DNA of 64,000 bases, taken from positions 62,001 through 126,000 of the forward strand of contig CP060771.1 in NCBI GenBank assembly GCA_023205875.1. The letters are read 5' to 3'. Of this stretch, positions 44,255 through 56,000 are shown piece by piece (position 1 is the first letter of the stretch; the number at the start of each line of letters is the position of its first letter). The stretch comes from Chloropicon primus. Lineage: Eukaryota. The notes beneath the pieces are model-generated. The model did not search any database, was not told where the DNA came from, and saw only the letters and a program-made list of their open reading frames with translations. The translations under genes and the position numbers were made by a program.

Positions 44255-47200
44255 TCAATTGACTTTCGCAATTCCTCTTATTGATACAATGAAGTTCTGA
44301 AACTCCCTGCTGAACTTCCTTCTCGACTGTCTCGTCAAATCCGCGTGAGCAGTAATGCTCATGGACAGGGTGTTCAAGGTGTTCTCCAACGCCGCCCTTG
44401 ATTCGGGCATGGCTTGGCCATTGATAATCGCGCTGCCGATCTCTTGGAACGTCTCACGGCTTGCTAGCATCATGACGAGGAGCACGCTGCTGGATTGCTC
44501 AATGTAGCTGCTGCTGCTGAAATTCTCGTAGATGAGCGTGTGCCATATGGACTTCATGAAGGTGGATACCAACGATTCCCCGCTCTGGAGCATCATGTTG
44601 CCTCCCAGACCCTGGCCACCCTTGGAGATGTCCACGAGGTGCGTTTTCATGATGTGGTACAGCGAGTCCAAAGACGCTCCCACGGAGATTTGGTCCGTGG
44701 ATCCTACGCCGAATCTCAGGGTCTCCACAAATGGCGTGAAGAGCTCCGGTGGCAAGCGGCAAACGTTCTCGGGATAAACCTCAGCAAGGTGACACACCAA
44801 GTCAAAGTACTGGTGTGCAAGTTTTGGGAAACCGCTCAACATCTCCCGGCTGAGGAGAGGCAGGACGAGTCCCAAACCAATGAAGGTGGCGCTCGCCACA
44901 TCGACACTCGCGGAATCCCCTGCCGTGAAATCGACCATCTCCCTTTCGGTTATGGCCACTAACAGCTTCAGGAGCGCTCTAATGTTTTTGTACTTCTCCT
45001 GCTCCTCCTCGTCCTTCAAGTCCTTGCTTCGCTGCAAGCTAACTGCGCCCATGTTTTGCTTCTTGTACAGGTTCAATATCTCGTAGACAAAGTTGAGGAT
45101 GGGGCCAAACTTTGCGGCATCCAAGTCTGCGATGATCGCCCCAATGACCTCCGCGGTCAATTTCAAGGCCAGGTAGACCATCCTCGGGCTTTTGACTTTC
45201 AATTTCAACAAGTTCAGCAGGACGGGTTGGATGTTGATGAAGATGTCGAGCAAGTAGGCCAACCCGATACCACTGAAGCTCTGGGCGCCCCCCCTCAGAC
45301 CTTCAAGAATAAATTCCACTTGCTGCATCGAGATGTTTCCGGCTGCTCCTCCCCCCGAAGCCAGGGTGCTCTCAAAGGCAGACATTCTCTTCAGCATGGG
45401 GTCCATCAAGCCCTGCAGGTATTGCTTAATGACCTCCTCTTGCAAAGGCCTCGTTGCGGCCTTGATTGCGAACTTGACCAAGCTCCTGTGGAGATCCCCC
45501 CGCAACGCCAGGGAAAGCGCATCAAAGTTTTGGACGTAGAAGCCAAGGAATTCGTTCCAGGCCGGAGCATTGATCAAGCAAACTCTCCGTTGCCGCCCTT
45601 GAACCAGTGAGGGCAGGAGGTGCTTGCACACCTGCTCTTGGACCTTCATCTCCCCCATCCACTTCACAAAGGTATTTCCCAAGAGCCTTACGATAATGTC
45701 CATCACCTGATTCCGCGTGCTTTCGTTCAGTGTGTAGGCCTCCCTTATTCTAGAGGGCATCTTGGCATCTTCAGACATGAGGTAGGTCGCTGTCCATTTG
45801 GCTAGGCACTGGACGGAACACTCAAGGATCCTTGAGGACGCGTACATCTGCTGGAACCCTGGGTCCGTGCCCAGCTTCCGGGCGAACTCAAGCACAGAAT
45901 TCGAGAGCTGAACGACAGGATCAGGCCCGTTCGCTCTCAAGGCGGCATCGTGGCACTGTGAGAGAAGAATTGGTATGAGAGGGACTTCGCCGTCCATCGG
46001 ATCGGCGATGCAGTATCCCACCAGCTCCAGCAAGCAGCAAAGCTGCTCGTAGAATCTCACCAAGTTAACCTCGTCCTGACGGTGCTGAGCGATGTTGGCC
46101 TGGCACTCTACCAGTTTGTGGCAAAGGAGCTCGAAGTTCACCCCCGCAGCCACACGTGCGATGGAAGAAATGGGGCCAAGCTTTTGCTGCCTCATCTCCA
46201 AACTCTGCTCCTCTTCCTCTTCATCCAAATCGTCCAAAGCCGTCTCAGCCGCCTCGTGCAGCAGGGAGTCCAGGTATGCCCGGAAGACAAGCGCCGCTCC
46301 ACCCTTGATCCCGCTCTCCTCGTGCAGCACTTGGACTTGGTTCTGCCCGATCGACTGCTGCCTCATGCTGAGCACGATGCACTCCGTCTGGATCAGGTAT
46401 TCCCAAGCTTCGAGCAAAGCCGTCAAACTCATGCCTACCGCGGAATCGATCTGGTCGTCCCTTGCACCGCCACACCCAAGGCAAGCGAGCGTGACGGAGC
46501 TCAGGAGGTTCCCTATACCATGGCTAGATCCCCCGCTGGATGCCGCAGCCATGACCAGAACGCTCAGCCTGTTGTGCTCGGACAGGCAGCACAGCGCAGT
46601 GCAACCATCCCTAAGCCTCTGCTCGTTTTGCATGTTGTGGGCAAGCTGGACGATCTGGTCACAGGGGTCCAAGATGGCCTGGATGGCGACCTGGACCCGG
46701 CTCAAATGTGCAAGCTTGAGGGGATCGATCTTACTGCCCATACCTGCCCCGTTCGCTCCATGTGCACCCTTTGTTGGGCTGCTTGGGTAGCCCGCATTAT
46801 CGGGCAGGAATACATCACCGTGTAGACTCGCAAGGATCACGATAAGCTGCCTCGCCGTGGATGCCAGAGGGGTATCAACCGCCGAGGAGGTGTGGGCCGC
46901 ATGGCAGAGCTCGTAGACCCAGTGCACCTGTTCCGGAAGCAGGAGTCGCTCCCTCCACTCCTTGCCAGGCTTCAGAGACATTGACGTTACCCCCGTAGAC
47001 GCGCAATCGAAGAACTTGGAGGGAACCCGGCCTTTCCTGAAGTCCCAGTTCTGCAAGATCTGGACCATGGTCTCAAGGCTCGCGATGGTGGTGAGGTACA
47101 GCTGGTCACCAGCGTTGCCGCCGGCCTGCTGAATGGTGAAGTAGGTCTGCTTACCCACAGAGCTGGCGTAGTCGAAAAACTTCAAGAGCTCTGAGATTTG

Positions 47201-48114
47201 GAAACGCTCCTTGCACTCGTGATGGAAAGCAAAGGGCATCCCTATCGAGCTTGCTGTCTCGTGGGAGAACTCCGAGACTATGCTCTGCATAAGTTCGAGC
47301 TCCACCTGAGTTCTGAAGAGGTCGCTGCCGCAGTGCTGCCGCAGCCTGGCAAAGTCTGGAAAGCTTCCCGTCTCCAGGTAAGACCTCTTGGAGAGGACAG
47401 CACACAGAGCAAGGAGCTGGGAGCGGACGATCTCATCCTTCTGGTGCAGTGCTGACTCCACCGACCAGTCTCGGATAGCAGGCCACTTGTCCCTCACCGC
47501 CGGCCACCGCTCCACGCAAGCTGTCAGGACGAAAGAATATTACCCACCACAAAAGCGTTAGAAAAAACGAAACCTTCCAACCAGCCAGAGCGAGCAGACA
47601 CGAGGGGAGAGGGAGGGAGGGAGGGAGGAGGGGCTGCTCAACTGTTGTGGAATCATAACCAGCCTCATCAGCATCCTTACTTGTTCGCAATGCTTGCACG
47701 GCATGAAAACGTGCAGAGACGTCCGTCGTCGCTTCCACAACCCTGGCGACGAGTTGGAAGAGGTTCTCGATCGGCAGGGCACGAAATTGCTTGAGCTTCG
47801 CCTCTGCTGCTGCCCTCACCCCGCTCTTGGGGCTCTGCAGCTCGAGCGCTGCCTATCGGACACAAAAACAAAACGTAGAGAATGAGAATGAGAATGAGAA
47901 TGAGAATGAGAATGAGAATGAGAGTCTTAGTGTCTCCAAAGGTTCATTCCTTCGCCACTCGTCTCAAGTGACGGCTCTTTCGAAAGAGGAGGAGACGATG
48001 CTTCGATGCCTCACGCGTTACGACCCCCTCGCCTCCCTCCCTTCCCGGAGCCCATCGATCGATCCACAAACTCACCTGCTCGAGTGCCACCCTCTGCTGC
48101 TCCAGCGCCTCCAT
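44255..48114 (-). CDS. XPO4: Exportin-4-like importin-beta family karyopherin (3 exons)
   Basis: RAAAEAKLKQFR, ARFHAVQAL N-terminal motif; long HEAT-like ORF; GLGLVLPLLSREML.GFPKLAHQYFDL; RRKFSREFQNFIVSIRG. Confidence 0.72.
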
Positions 48115-48362
48115 CGAAAAATGAATGAAACTGAAAGCTGAAAGCTGAAAGCTGCTGCTGATGAGATGATGGTGATGGTGTTGATGATGGTGATGGTGTT
48201 GATGGAGGCGAGGGTGGTGGTGGCAGGAGGTGATACTGGTGTCTTCCTCTTTCTTCCTCTTTCCGAAGAGCCCTCTCACTTGACGGGGGAAAGGGATTAA
48301 GGATGGATGGTGGGAGGAACACAGCAGCGCGTCCGGACTAAAAAGGGTTGGATTAACGTTTA

Positions 48363-50364
48363 CTACGAGAAGAACTCCTTGTGGAGCTCCTGCAGGCAAC
48401 GGTCGCCCACGGACTCCTCTACGATAATAGCCAAGTTGTTCTTGAAGGCGCCCTTCGAAATCATTTCTGCGTTCACGCCGAGGTTGCCCAGGACTCGGAA
48501 CGTCCTGGCAAGGACCTCCGAGCTTTGATCCGAGTTGTGGATCATACTGATGATGGTCCTGTTCGTCCTCAGCTTGACCGTGGCGAGGCCATCGAAGGAG
48601 TTCTCAAGCTTGCTCAGCTCGTCCTCGTCCAAGTCTCTCGCCCAGATCTTGCTGATATCGAGGGTGACACTCACACTCACCTCACTCGTGGCCACGACGT
48701 CCACACTGATCTGGAGGTCTTCGAAGACTCCGAAGACTTTGGCCAAGAAACCATACTGACCGAGCATCCTCGTGCTGACAATGTCCAGCATGTTCACGCC
48801 GGATTTGAGGACCATGCTCGTCAGCAGGGTATCGGACATGTCCCTGGCACCCGCACAGATGATCGAGCCCGGGGCCTCCGTGTTGTAAGAATTCCTCACC
48901 CTAACCTTGAAGTCAATGTATTCCTTGTCGAAGTCCTGCCCCGTCTCTATCTCTTTCATTCTTTGCTTCTCCAGCAGAGGTTGCATGCTTTGAGGGTGCA
49001 GGACCGTGGCACCAAAGTAGGCGAGCTCCGCCGCCTCGTCCACCGTCAGCATGGGAATCGGCAGGGCACTGGGCACGACTCTCGGGTCCGTGGTCATGAC
49101 GCCATCCACGTCCTTCCACACCACGACCTCGTCAATGTCCAAGGCCAGTCCGATAAAGGTCGCGGTCAGGTCGCTCCCTCCCCTTCCCAGGGTTGTGATG
49201 GCTCCCGTCTTGGAGCCCTGGCCCAGGAAGCCCGTCACGATCGGGATGATGGGAACAAGATTGTCCCAGCCCTCCAACTTGGCAGTCCTTTTCAAGTTTT
49301 TCCGAATATTGTCGATGGATTCCTTGTAAAGGAGATCGCCGTTGGTGAACTGATCCGTGGTGGTGATGCCGAGCTCAAACGCGTCGTGCTGGACGCTTGG
49401 CACGCCGACAGACCTGAGATAACCGGCGAAGATCCTCGTGCTCAGCCTCTCCCCAAAGGAGACCAAAGAGTCGAGGGATCTTGGAGTGAGGTCCTTGAGA
49501 AGGGACACGCCGATCAAAAGCTGTCCGAGCTCTTCTAGGAGATCCATCACCTCCTGCCTCGTCTCTTCATCGATCTGAAGTTCGTCCAAAGTCCTCTCGT
49601 GGAGTTCCTTGATCTCGCGCAAAGGCTGCAGGTCTTTTACTTCACTTGACTTGCTTTCCACCGCTAACTCACCCTGCACGGGAAGAAGAAAGAGTTGCAA
49701 GAGCGTTAGCAGAGGACGCGCAGTGAAGGAGGAGGAGGAAATACACACAGAGACACAGAGAGAGAGAGAGAGAAGAGGCAAACTTACCGCTATGATGAGG
49801 TTATTGGTGGTCTTTCCCATGGCACTGAGCACGACTATCGGGGCCTCCTCCTCGAAGAGGCACACAATCTTAGCCACCTGCTTCATCCTTTCAGCAGATG
49901 CCACCGAAGATCCACCAAACTTGTACACTGAAGAAGAAGAAACCAGCCATCCCATCCCATCCATCAGAAGAAGATCCAAAAAAAAAAAAAAGGTCAGACT
50001 CTGCTCTGCAACGTCGTCGTCTTTTGGAATCGTCACTCGCTCTCGCCTTACCTTTGGTGAACCTCTCTTGCGCCTTTCCTGGACACAGGAGAGGATGGCC
50101 TCCCTCCACCACGCCCTCGTCATGCTTCGTAGCCTCGCTGCTGGCACTGGCATGGGCCATGGCCATGCCTCCTAGACGATCACGTGAAGCAAAGTTTCCA
50201 AAGGTGGAGGTCGCCCTTACGCCGAAGGGAGAAGGGTTTCGTGTCCCACGGAAGCAGCTGCATGTCGTGGCTTGCGGAGTGCGCCTCCGAATGCTCCGTT
50301 GCTGGCACGAGGCTCTCCTCGCGACGCTTTCCATCGTTCTGCTCCAGTTGATGACAGCCGCCAT
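48363..50364 (-). CDS. AK: Plastid monofunctional (lysine-sensitive type) aspartate kinase with ACT domains; 2 introns near the 5' end
   Basis: YKFGGSSVASAERM, VVLSAMGKTTN, SFGERLSTRIFA, TTLGRGGSDLTA, WKDVDGV.TTDP, RMLGQYGFLAKVF, SVDVVATSEVSVS. Confidence 0.95.
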
Positions 50365-50594
50365 GCGTTTGAAACGAATTTGGATTCTCCTCCTCCCCTC
50401 TGGCTGAGGGTGGTGATGGATGGGAGGGTGGGGAGAGGGAGGGGTTCATTGCAATGGCGGGCTTCATTGCAATGGTGGGTTTGATCAACATGCCGTCCTG
50501 TCCTCCGCACGTACGCCTTGCTTTGTCCCTCTCCGTGTGTCTTGAGATCCAGAGCAGGGCATGAGGGTGGTTGGTTGTGGAGGACTAGATGAGA

Positions 50595-50596
<2 letters not shown>

Positions 50597-50640
<44 letters not shown>
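50597..50640. repeat. (CT)n microsatellite
   Basis: Direct reading. Confidence 0.9.
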
Positions 50641-50644
<4 letters not shown>

Positions 50645-50790
50645 TGTCTGTCTGTCTGTTTGTGTGTGTCCTTTGGTTGGAGAAAGGGGAGGAGCGCTCG
50701 TTCGCTTGGTGGTCTGAAGGGGCATTCGTGATGCGAAAAGGCAAAAGAATAATACATTAGATGAGGCAAGAGATGGTATTGGCGCTCTCC

Positions 50791-52245
50791 TCAGGAGGAG
50801 AAGACTCTCGCCGTGCCATCGTCGCTGCCCGCGATGGCGCTCACGCCGTTGGGCGAGACATCCATGTCCAGCACGGACTTGACGAATCCTTGGAACTCCT
50901 TGTCGCAGTTTCCGGACCTCGCGTCCCACAACCTCACCCTGCCATCCAAGCCGCACGTGTAAATGGACAAGTCGTGGACCGCGGATCCTGGAGGATGACT
51001 CGATCCCGCGGCCAGAGCCCACTGCACCCTGATGACGCCCCTCGGGTGCCTGCAAACGATCCTCGGAGAAGACGTGTTTGCGTCCCAGATGATCAGAAGG
51101 CCGTCGAGGGATCCCGTCGCAACCAGGGGCTGGCCGGCTGGATGGAACGCCACCGTCTCCACGCTGTCTTCGTGCCCGCTTGGCAACTGCTGGCCCGCCG
51201 AGTGCGCCATGCTGTCCGCAGCGTTGCCGCTGCCCCCGAGCTTCCACAGAACCCGGTTCGTGTTCACGTTCACCAGGTGGGCTGCGCCGTCGATGCAACC
51301 GCAGAGCACCATGGAGCTGTCCGGGGAGAAGTCCAGGCACGTGATCCCCCTCTGCTCATCCTCCCCCATGGACGAGTCGTCGTGGGCGCTGGCTTGGTTC
51401 TGGAACGAGAAGGTGTGCTGGCACTCCCCCGTCCTCGGGTTCCAAACCCTCACCGTGTCGTCGAGGGATGCGCTGACGATCAGCTTGCCGTTTGGAGTGA
51501 AGCCCCCACAGGTGACGCTCGAGTTGTGGCCGGTGAAGACCTGCATACACTGGCCTTCGCACTTGAGGTTATCGTGCTGCTGCTGGTCGTCCTCCCCGGA
51601 CACCACGACGTTCCACATCCAGAGGGTCATGTCCTCGCTTCCAGCTAGCAGGACGCGGCCCATCGGATGCCATTTGACGAACTCCACGGCCTCGCCGGGA
51701 CCCTCCAGGGAGCATAGGAGCTTGCCGGTGATCGCGCTCCAGACGCAAACCTTGCCGTCCATCCCCCCGCTCGCGAGCAGCCTCCCGCTCGAGTCGAAAT
51801 CCAAAGCCACGACGCTGTCGCTGTGAGCACTCAGCGTGATGCTGTTCGGCCCCCCGGCGTGGAAGGGCTTCCACAGCCTCACCCTGTCGTCCTCGCCGCC
51901 ACAGGCCGCGATGCTGGGGTCCGTCTTGTTCCACTTGACGGCGTACACCGGCTTGGCGGAGGCGGTCTCGTTGGCCGCCCCCGATCCCGACGCCTCCCCT
52001 GATCCGGAATCCGCGACCAAGCAAGCACAAGCGTCATCGCGCTCCACCTCGAACACCTCGTCCGGCACCTGGTCCTCCTCGAGCATCATGGCTTCCATGT
52101 CCTCGTCCTCCTCGTCGCTCTCGCTCGCTTGTCCTTCCAAGTCCGCAACGACTTCCGCGTCCTCGGGCATGAACACCTCCTCCTCCTGGCCCTCCTCACC
52201 CTGGCCCTCCCCTTCCCCATTCCTCTCCTCCTCTCCGTCTGCCAT
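50791..52245 (-). CDS. WD40 protein, AAMP/Sqt1-like ribosome assembly chaperone
   Basis: Acidic N-terminus, CGGEDDR, HSDSV..LLASGGMDG, VKWHPMGRVLLAGSED..WMW, CGGFTPNGK, LDGRVRLWDARSG, AGSDDGTARVF. Confidence 0.82.
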   Translation of the reverse strand: MADGEEERNGEGEGQGEEGQEEEVFMPEDAEVVADLEGQASESDEEDEDMEAMMLEEDQVPDEVFEVERDDACACLVADSGSGEASGSGAANETASAKPVYAVKWNKTDPSIAACGGEDDRVRLWKPFHAGGPNSITLSAHSDSVVALDFDSSGRLLASGGMDGKVCVWSAITGKLLCSLEGPGEAVEFVKWHPMGRVLLAGSEDMTLWMWNVVVSGEDDQQQHDNLKCEGQCMQVFTGHNSSVTCGGFTPNGKLIVSASLDDTVRVWNPRTGECQHTFSFQNQASAHDDSSMGEDEQRGITCLDFSPDSSMVLCGCIDGAAHLVNVNTNRVLWKLGGSGNAADSMAHSAGQQLPSGHEDSVETVAFHPAGQPLVATGSLDGLLIIWDANTSSPRIVCRHPRGVIRVQWALAAGSSHPPGSAVHDLSIYTCGLDGRVRLWDARSGNCDKEFQGFVKSVLDMDVSPNGVSAIAGSDDGTARVFSS

Positions 52246-53019
52246 ACTCCTCTCCGATCCTCTCGCCAGCCGCCTCCCTCAATCCCTCTATCACTCAAAC
52301 CGTTCCCCACCTTGCCCGACGCCAAATGCGTCAACCAATATATCAATCGAAAGATCACGACAAGACGCTTCCCTTTGTCCGGCCCTCCAGCCCTCCCTTC
52401 CTCGTCCTCGCCGACCCTTCCCTCGCGAACCAAGCGCACTCCCTTCCCTCGCTCCCCCGCTCCTTTGCGCGCCGGCCAAGGGGAAATGTCACGAGGGGAG
52501 GAGACAACTTTTCACAAGTCAAGTTTTTTTGAGCTGAGGGAAGGCGGGAAGGCGCCAAGGGAGATGGTGCACTAGGTCGCCTTGATTGGTTCAGACGGGC
52601 CAAGGGCGAGGGACAGAGGGCACAGAGGGGAAGAACAAAGCGGGTACTTTTCAAAGATCAAACCTTTGTCCGTCTATTTCACGAGGGTTGGCCTTGGAGA
52701 AACGTGTCTTTGGGTTTTTGGGGGGGTTGAGTTGGTGGGCTCACTTGACTTGGTGCCTTGACAAGAGGACAGGGAGAGGGACGGAGAGCGATAGGGGGGA
52801 AGAACCGGGGCTGGTGCCTTTCAAAGGCCAGAGCTTTGTCCGCAATTTGGACGAGTTTGGCTTGGTTTCGACTTGGGTCTCGTGTCGTTCAAACTTTGGT
52901 GTCTAACTCGACTTGAGCAGCCCCTTGGTCGCACGCGAGTTTACAGGAGGCAGAGAGACAGACAGAGATTGTCTGCGTGGACTGTGGAAGGGGGTGAGCG
53001 CGAGGAATAGTCGTTACCA

Positions 53020-56000
53020 ATGTCTGTGAGCTCAGAGCAGGTCATGGACCAGCTCCAGAGTCTGGAGTCCCAGTGGCTCGACTTTCAGAAGCAAGAGGCT
53101 TCGTACTCGGTCAAAACGAACACGCCACTCTCTGCTCGCGTCACGCAAGAAGCCAAGGAGGAGCTCATGAGAGAGAGAAGGTCGGAGACGACTGCGCCTC
53201 GAACTGCCCTCCAAGCCACGACGAACTTGCCTCCAAGTGCCCCGAGGTCCGAAGCCGGTGGCGCGGAGCAGAGAAGCCAAGAGGGCACAGGCTTCAAGGT
53301 TGTGCCTGGGCAAGTCCTGAAGAACTTCTCGCAGCGGTTGCTCAACGACGTGGAGCACGCGAGGAGAACGTTCCTGGAGGAGAACCAGCAGCTGCAGCTC
53401 GAGAGCGAGCAGCTGCGCAACGAGTCGAGCCAAGCGTTGAGAGACAAGTCGGTCACCTTCAAGCAGATCAGCGAGTCGAGGAGAGAGCTGCAAGACTTGA
53501 GGGCGGTGATCGATACCCTGAAAACGGACGTTCAGCGAACGGAGAGGAGGAAGGACGTCCTCGATTCGGAGGTGAGGAGGAGCGAGGATCACTTGGAGGA
53601 CACCAAGTCGAAAGCTGAGGAAGCCAGCAGCAAGCTGGCCCGAGCGAGGGAGGCCATGTCGACGGAGCTGGCCCAGCACAAGCAAGGCATGGAGTCCCGA
53701 GAGCGTCAGCTGCAGGAGTGGGAGCTGAGCCTGGCGAAGCGGGAGGAGAGGAGCAAGTTTTGGGAAGAGAAGCTTGCCCACGCCGAGCAGCTGAACACCA
53801 AGTGCAAGGAGAGATCCACCGAGTTGGACAGGAGAGAGAGAGACCTCGATTCGAAGACGTTCGAGTCGGAGAGGAACATTCAGGAGCAGCTTCGCAGGAG
53901 GGAGGACCTCATAAGGGAGTGCGAGTTGTACGAAAAGCACGCCATGGAGCTGAGGAGCAACGTGGAGTCCCTGGAGCACAAGAAGCAAGAGTGCGAGGAG
54001 AAGGTGACCAAGTGCGAAGCCAGCATCCTCGAAGCCACCCGAGCGTGCAAGAGGAAGATGGATGAAGCGGCCAATGCCCATTCGGAGAGCGACCACCAGC
54101 TCGTGAGGAAGAAGCAGTCCCTCGCCCTTTTGGACGATGAGATTCAAGTGAGGGATGCCAAGCTCGAGGCGCTGGACCACGAGGTGTCGGAGAAGAAGGC
54201 TCACGTGGAGAACATCAACGCAGAGATAGCGGAGCGCGCAGATCAGGTGGCCCAGTTGAAGAGAGACGAAGAGAAGGCTGAAAGGCGCCTCGAGAAGACT
54301 CAGGAGGCGAACGTGAAAGCGCAGGAGGACCTCGTCAAGTGCAAGGAGGACGCCGACAAGCTGGTCGAGAAGAGAAAGCAGCTTGAGGATTCCTTCGAAG
54401 GGCAGAAGAAGAAGGACGCCGTTGAGCTGGAAGCGATCAGGAAAAAGACGGTGTCCGAGATAGAGGCGGAAGGGGACGAGCAGAGGAGGAGGCTAGCCTT
54501 AGAGGTCGAGCAAGCCGGCATCGTGCTCCACGAGAAGGAGAAGGACTTCAACAACCGGTGCGACGATTGGGACAAGGAAGTGAAGAAGAGGGAGAGAGCT
54601 CTGGATGACAGGGCCGAATCCCTTTCCAAGCAAGAGAAGGACATTAAGGACAGGGTCGAGAAGGTCGAGAGGTACGAAGCTGAGTATGACAGGGCTTACG
54701 GCGAGCTCGATGAGAGGCTCTCGAGGCTCGAGGAGATGGAGGATAACAACAACAGGGAGACAAAGGAGTTGCAGAAGAAGGCCCAGGAGCTGATGGTCCA
54801 CGAGCAGCAGCTTCATGCATGGAAGCAGAAGTTGGAGACCGAGACCGTTGCTGATTTGAAGAAGAAGTCCAAAAAGTTGTCCGAGTGGGAAGGCAAGTTG
54901 TCAAAGAAAGAGGAGCTGATGAAAGTGTCTGTGATGGAGTTTGACCGCAAGCAGCACGAGATGCAGAAGAGGATGGAGGAGTACAACATCAAGGCGGAAA
55001 AGTTTGAGAAGGCCTCGGTCATTCTGCAAGACAAGAGGGCCGACATCGAGCAGAAGTGGAATGCCGTGAGCAGGAAGGAGATCGAATTGGAGTCCCAGAC
55101 GCAAAGGCTTTCTAACTTCTCCAAGGAGCTTGACAAGAAGAGCACCATCCTTGAGAAGTACCAAGAGGAGATCTCCGACAAGCAGAAGGATATCACGACA
55201 AACATGGAGGAGATCGCCCAGAGCAGAATCAAATTCCAAAAGGAGTCTCTCGAGGTGGCCAACCTCAAGGAAAAGCTTGAGCAGAGGAGCGAAGAGGTCG
55301 AGGCCGAGATGCAGAAGGCTCTTCAAATCCAGGGGGAGTGCGAGGAGAAGTCAAAGACCGCAGAGAGCCAGCTGGCGAAGGCGGAGGCGACTTTGGAGGC
55401 AGCCGCGGCGTGGGAGGAGCACAAGAAGCAGGTCGAGGAGAACTGGAAGACTGCAGCAGAGCAAATCGAGGCGGACAGGAGAAGCGCCGACAAGATTGTA
55501 CTGCAAGCGTCCCAGCAGAGGAATGCCCTGGTCGCTTCCAGGGAATCCCTTAAGGCAATCGAGCAGGCTCTCCAACAGAGGGAGCTCCAGCTCCAATCCA
55601 CGTGGAGGCAGATGAAGGCGCAAACAGTGGACACCTTTGAGGCGACTAGCGAGCCTTTGATGATCGAGGACTCTGTGGTTTCAGAGATCATGAACATGTC
55701 TCTGCCCTTGAACAACCTGCACAACCCACCAGACCTTCAGAGCTTGGAGGTGATAGACACGGGTCTGTACGACTTTGCGATGAATGTGTACCACCAGTGG
55801 TCTCAGCTCATCACGCAAGAGACGAAGCTCCAAAAGTGGTCACATGCCCTTCAGATCGAAGCTGCAAAGGTAGAAAAGAAGCAGAAGCAGACAAGGATCG
55901 AGGAGAAGGACATGTCCGAGCAGGTCATGCAGGCCGCGGAGAAGATGGCGGACGCAGACAAGTTTGAGGCCGAGCTCAAGTCGAGAGAGGAGCAAGTCCG

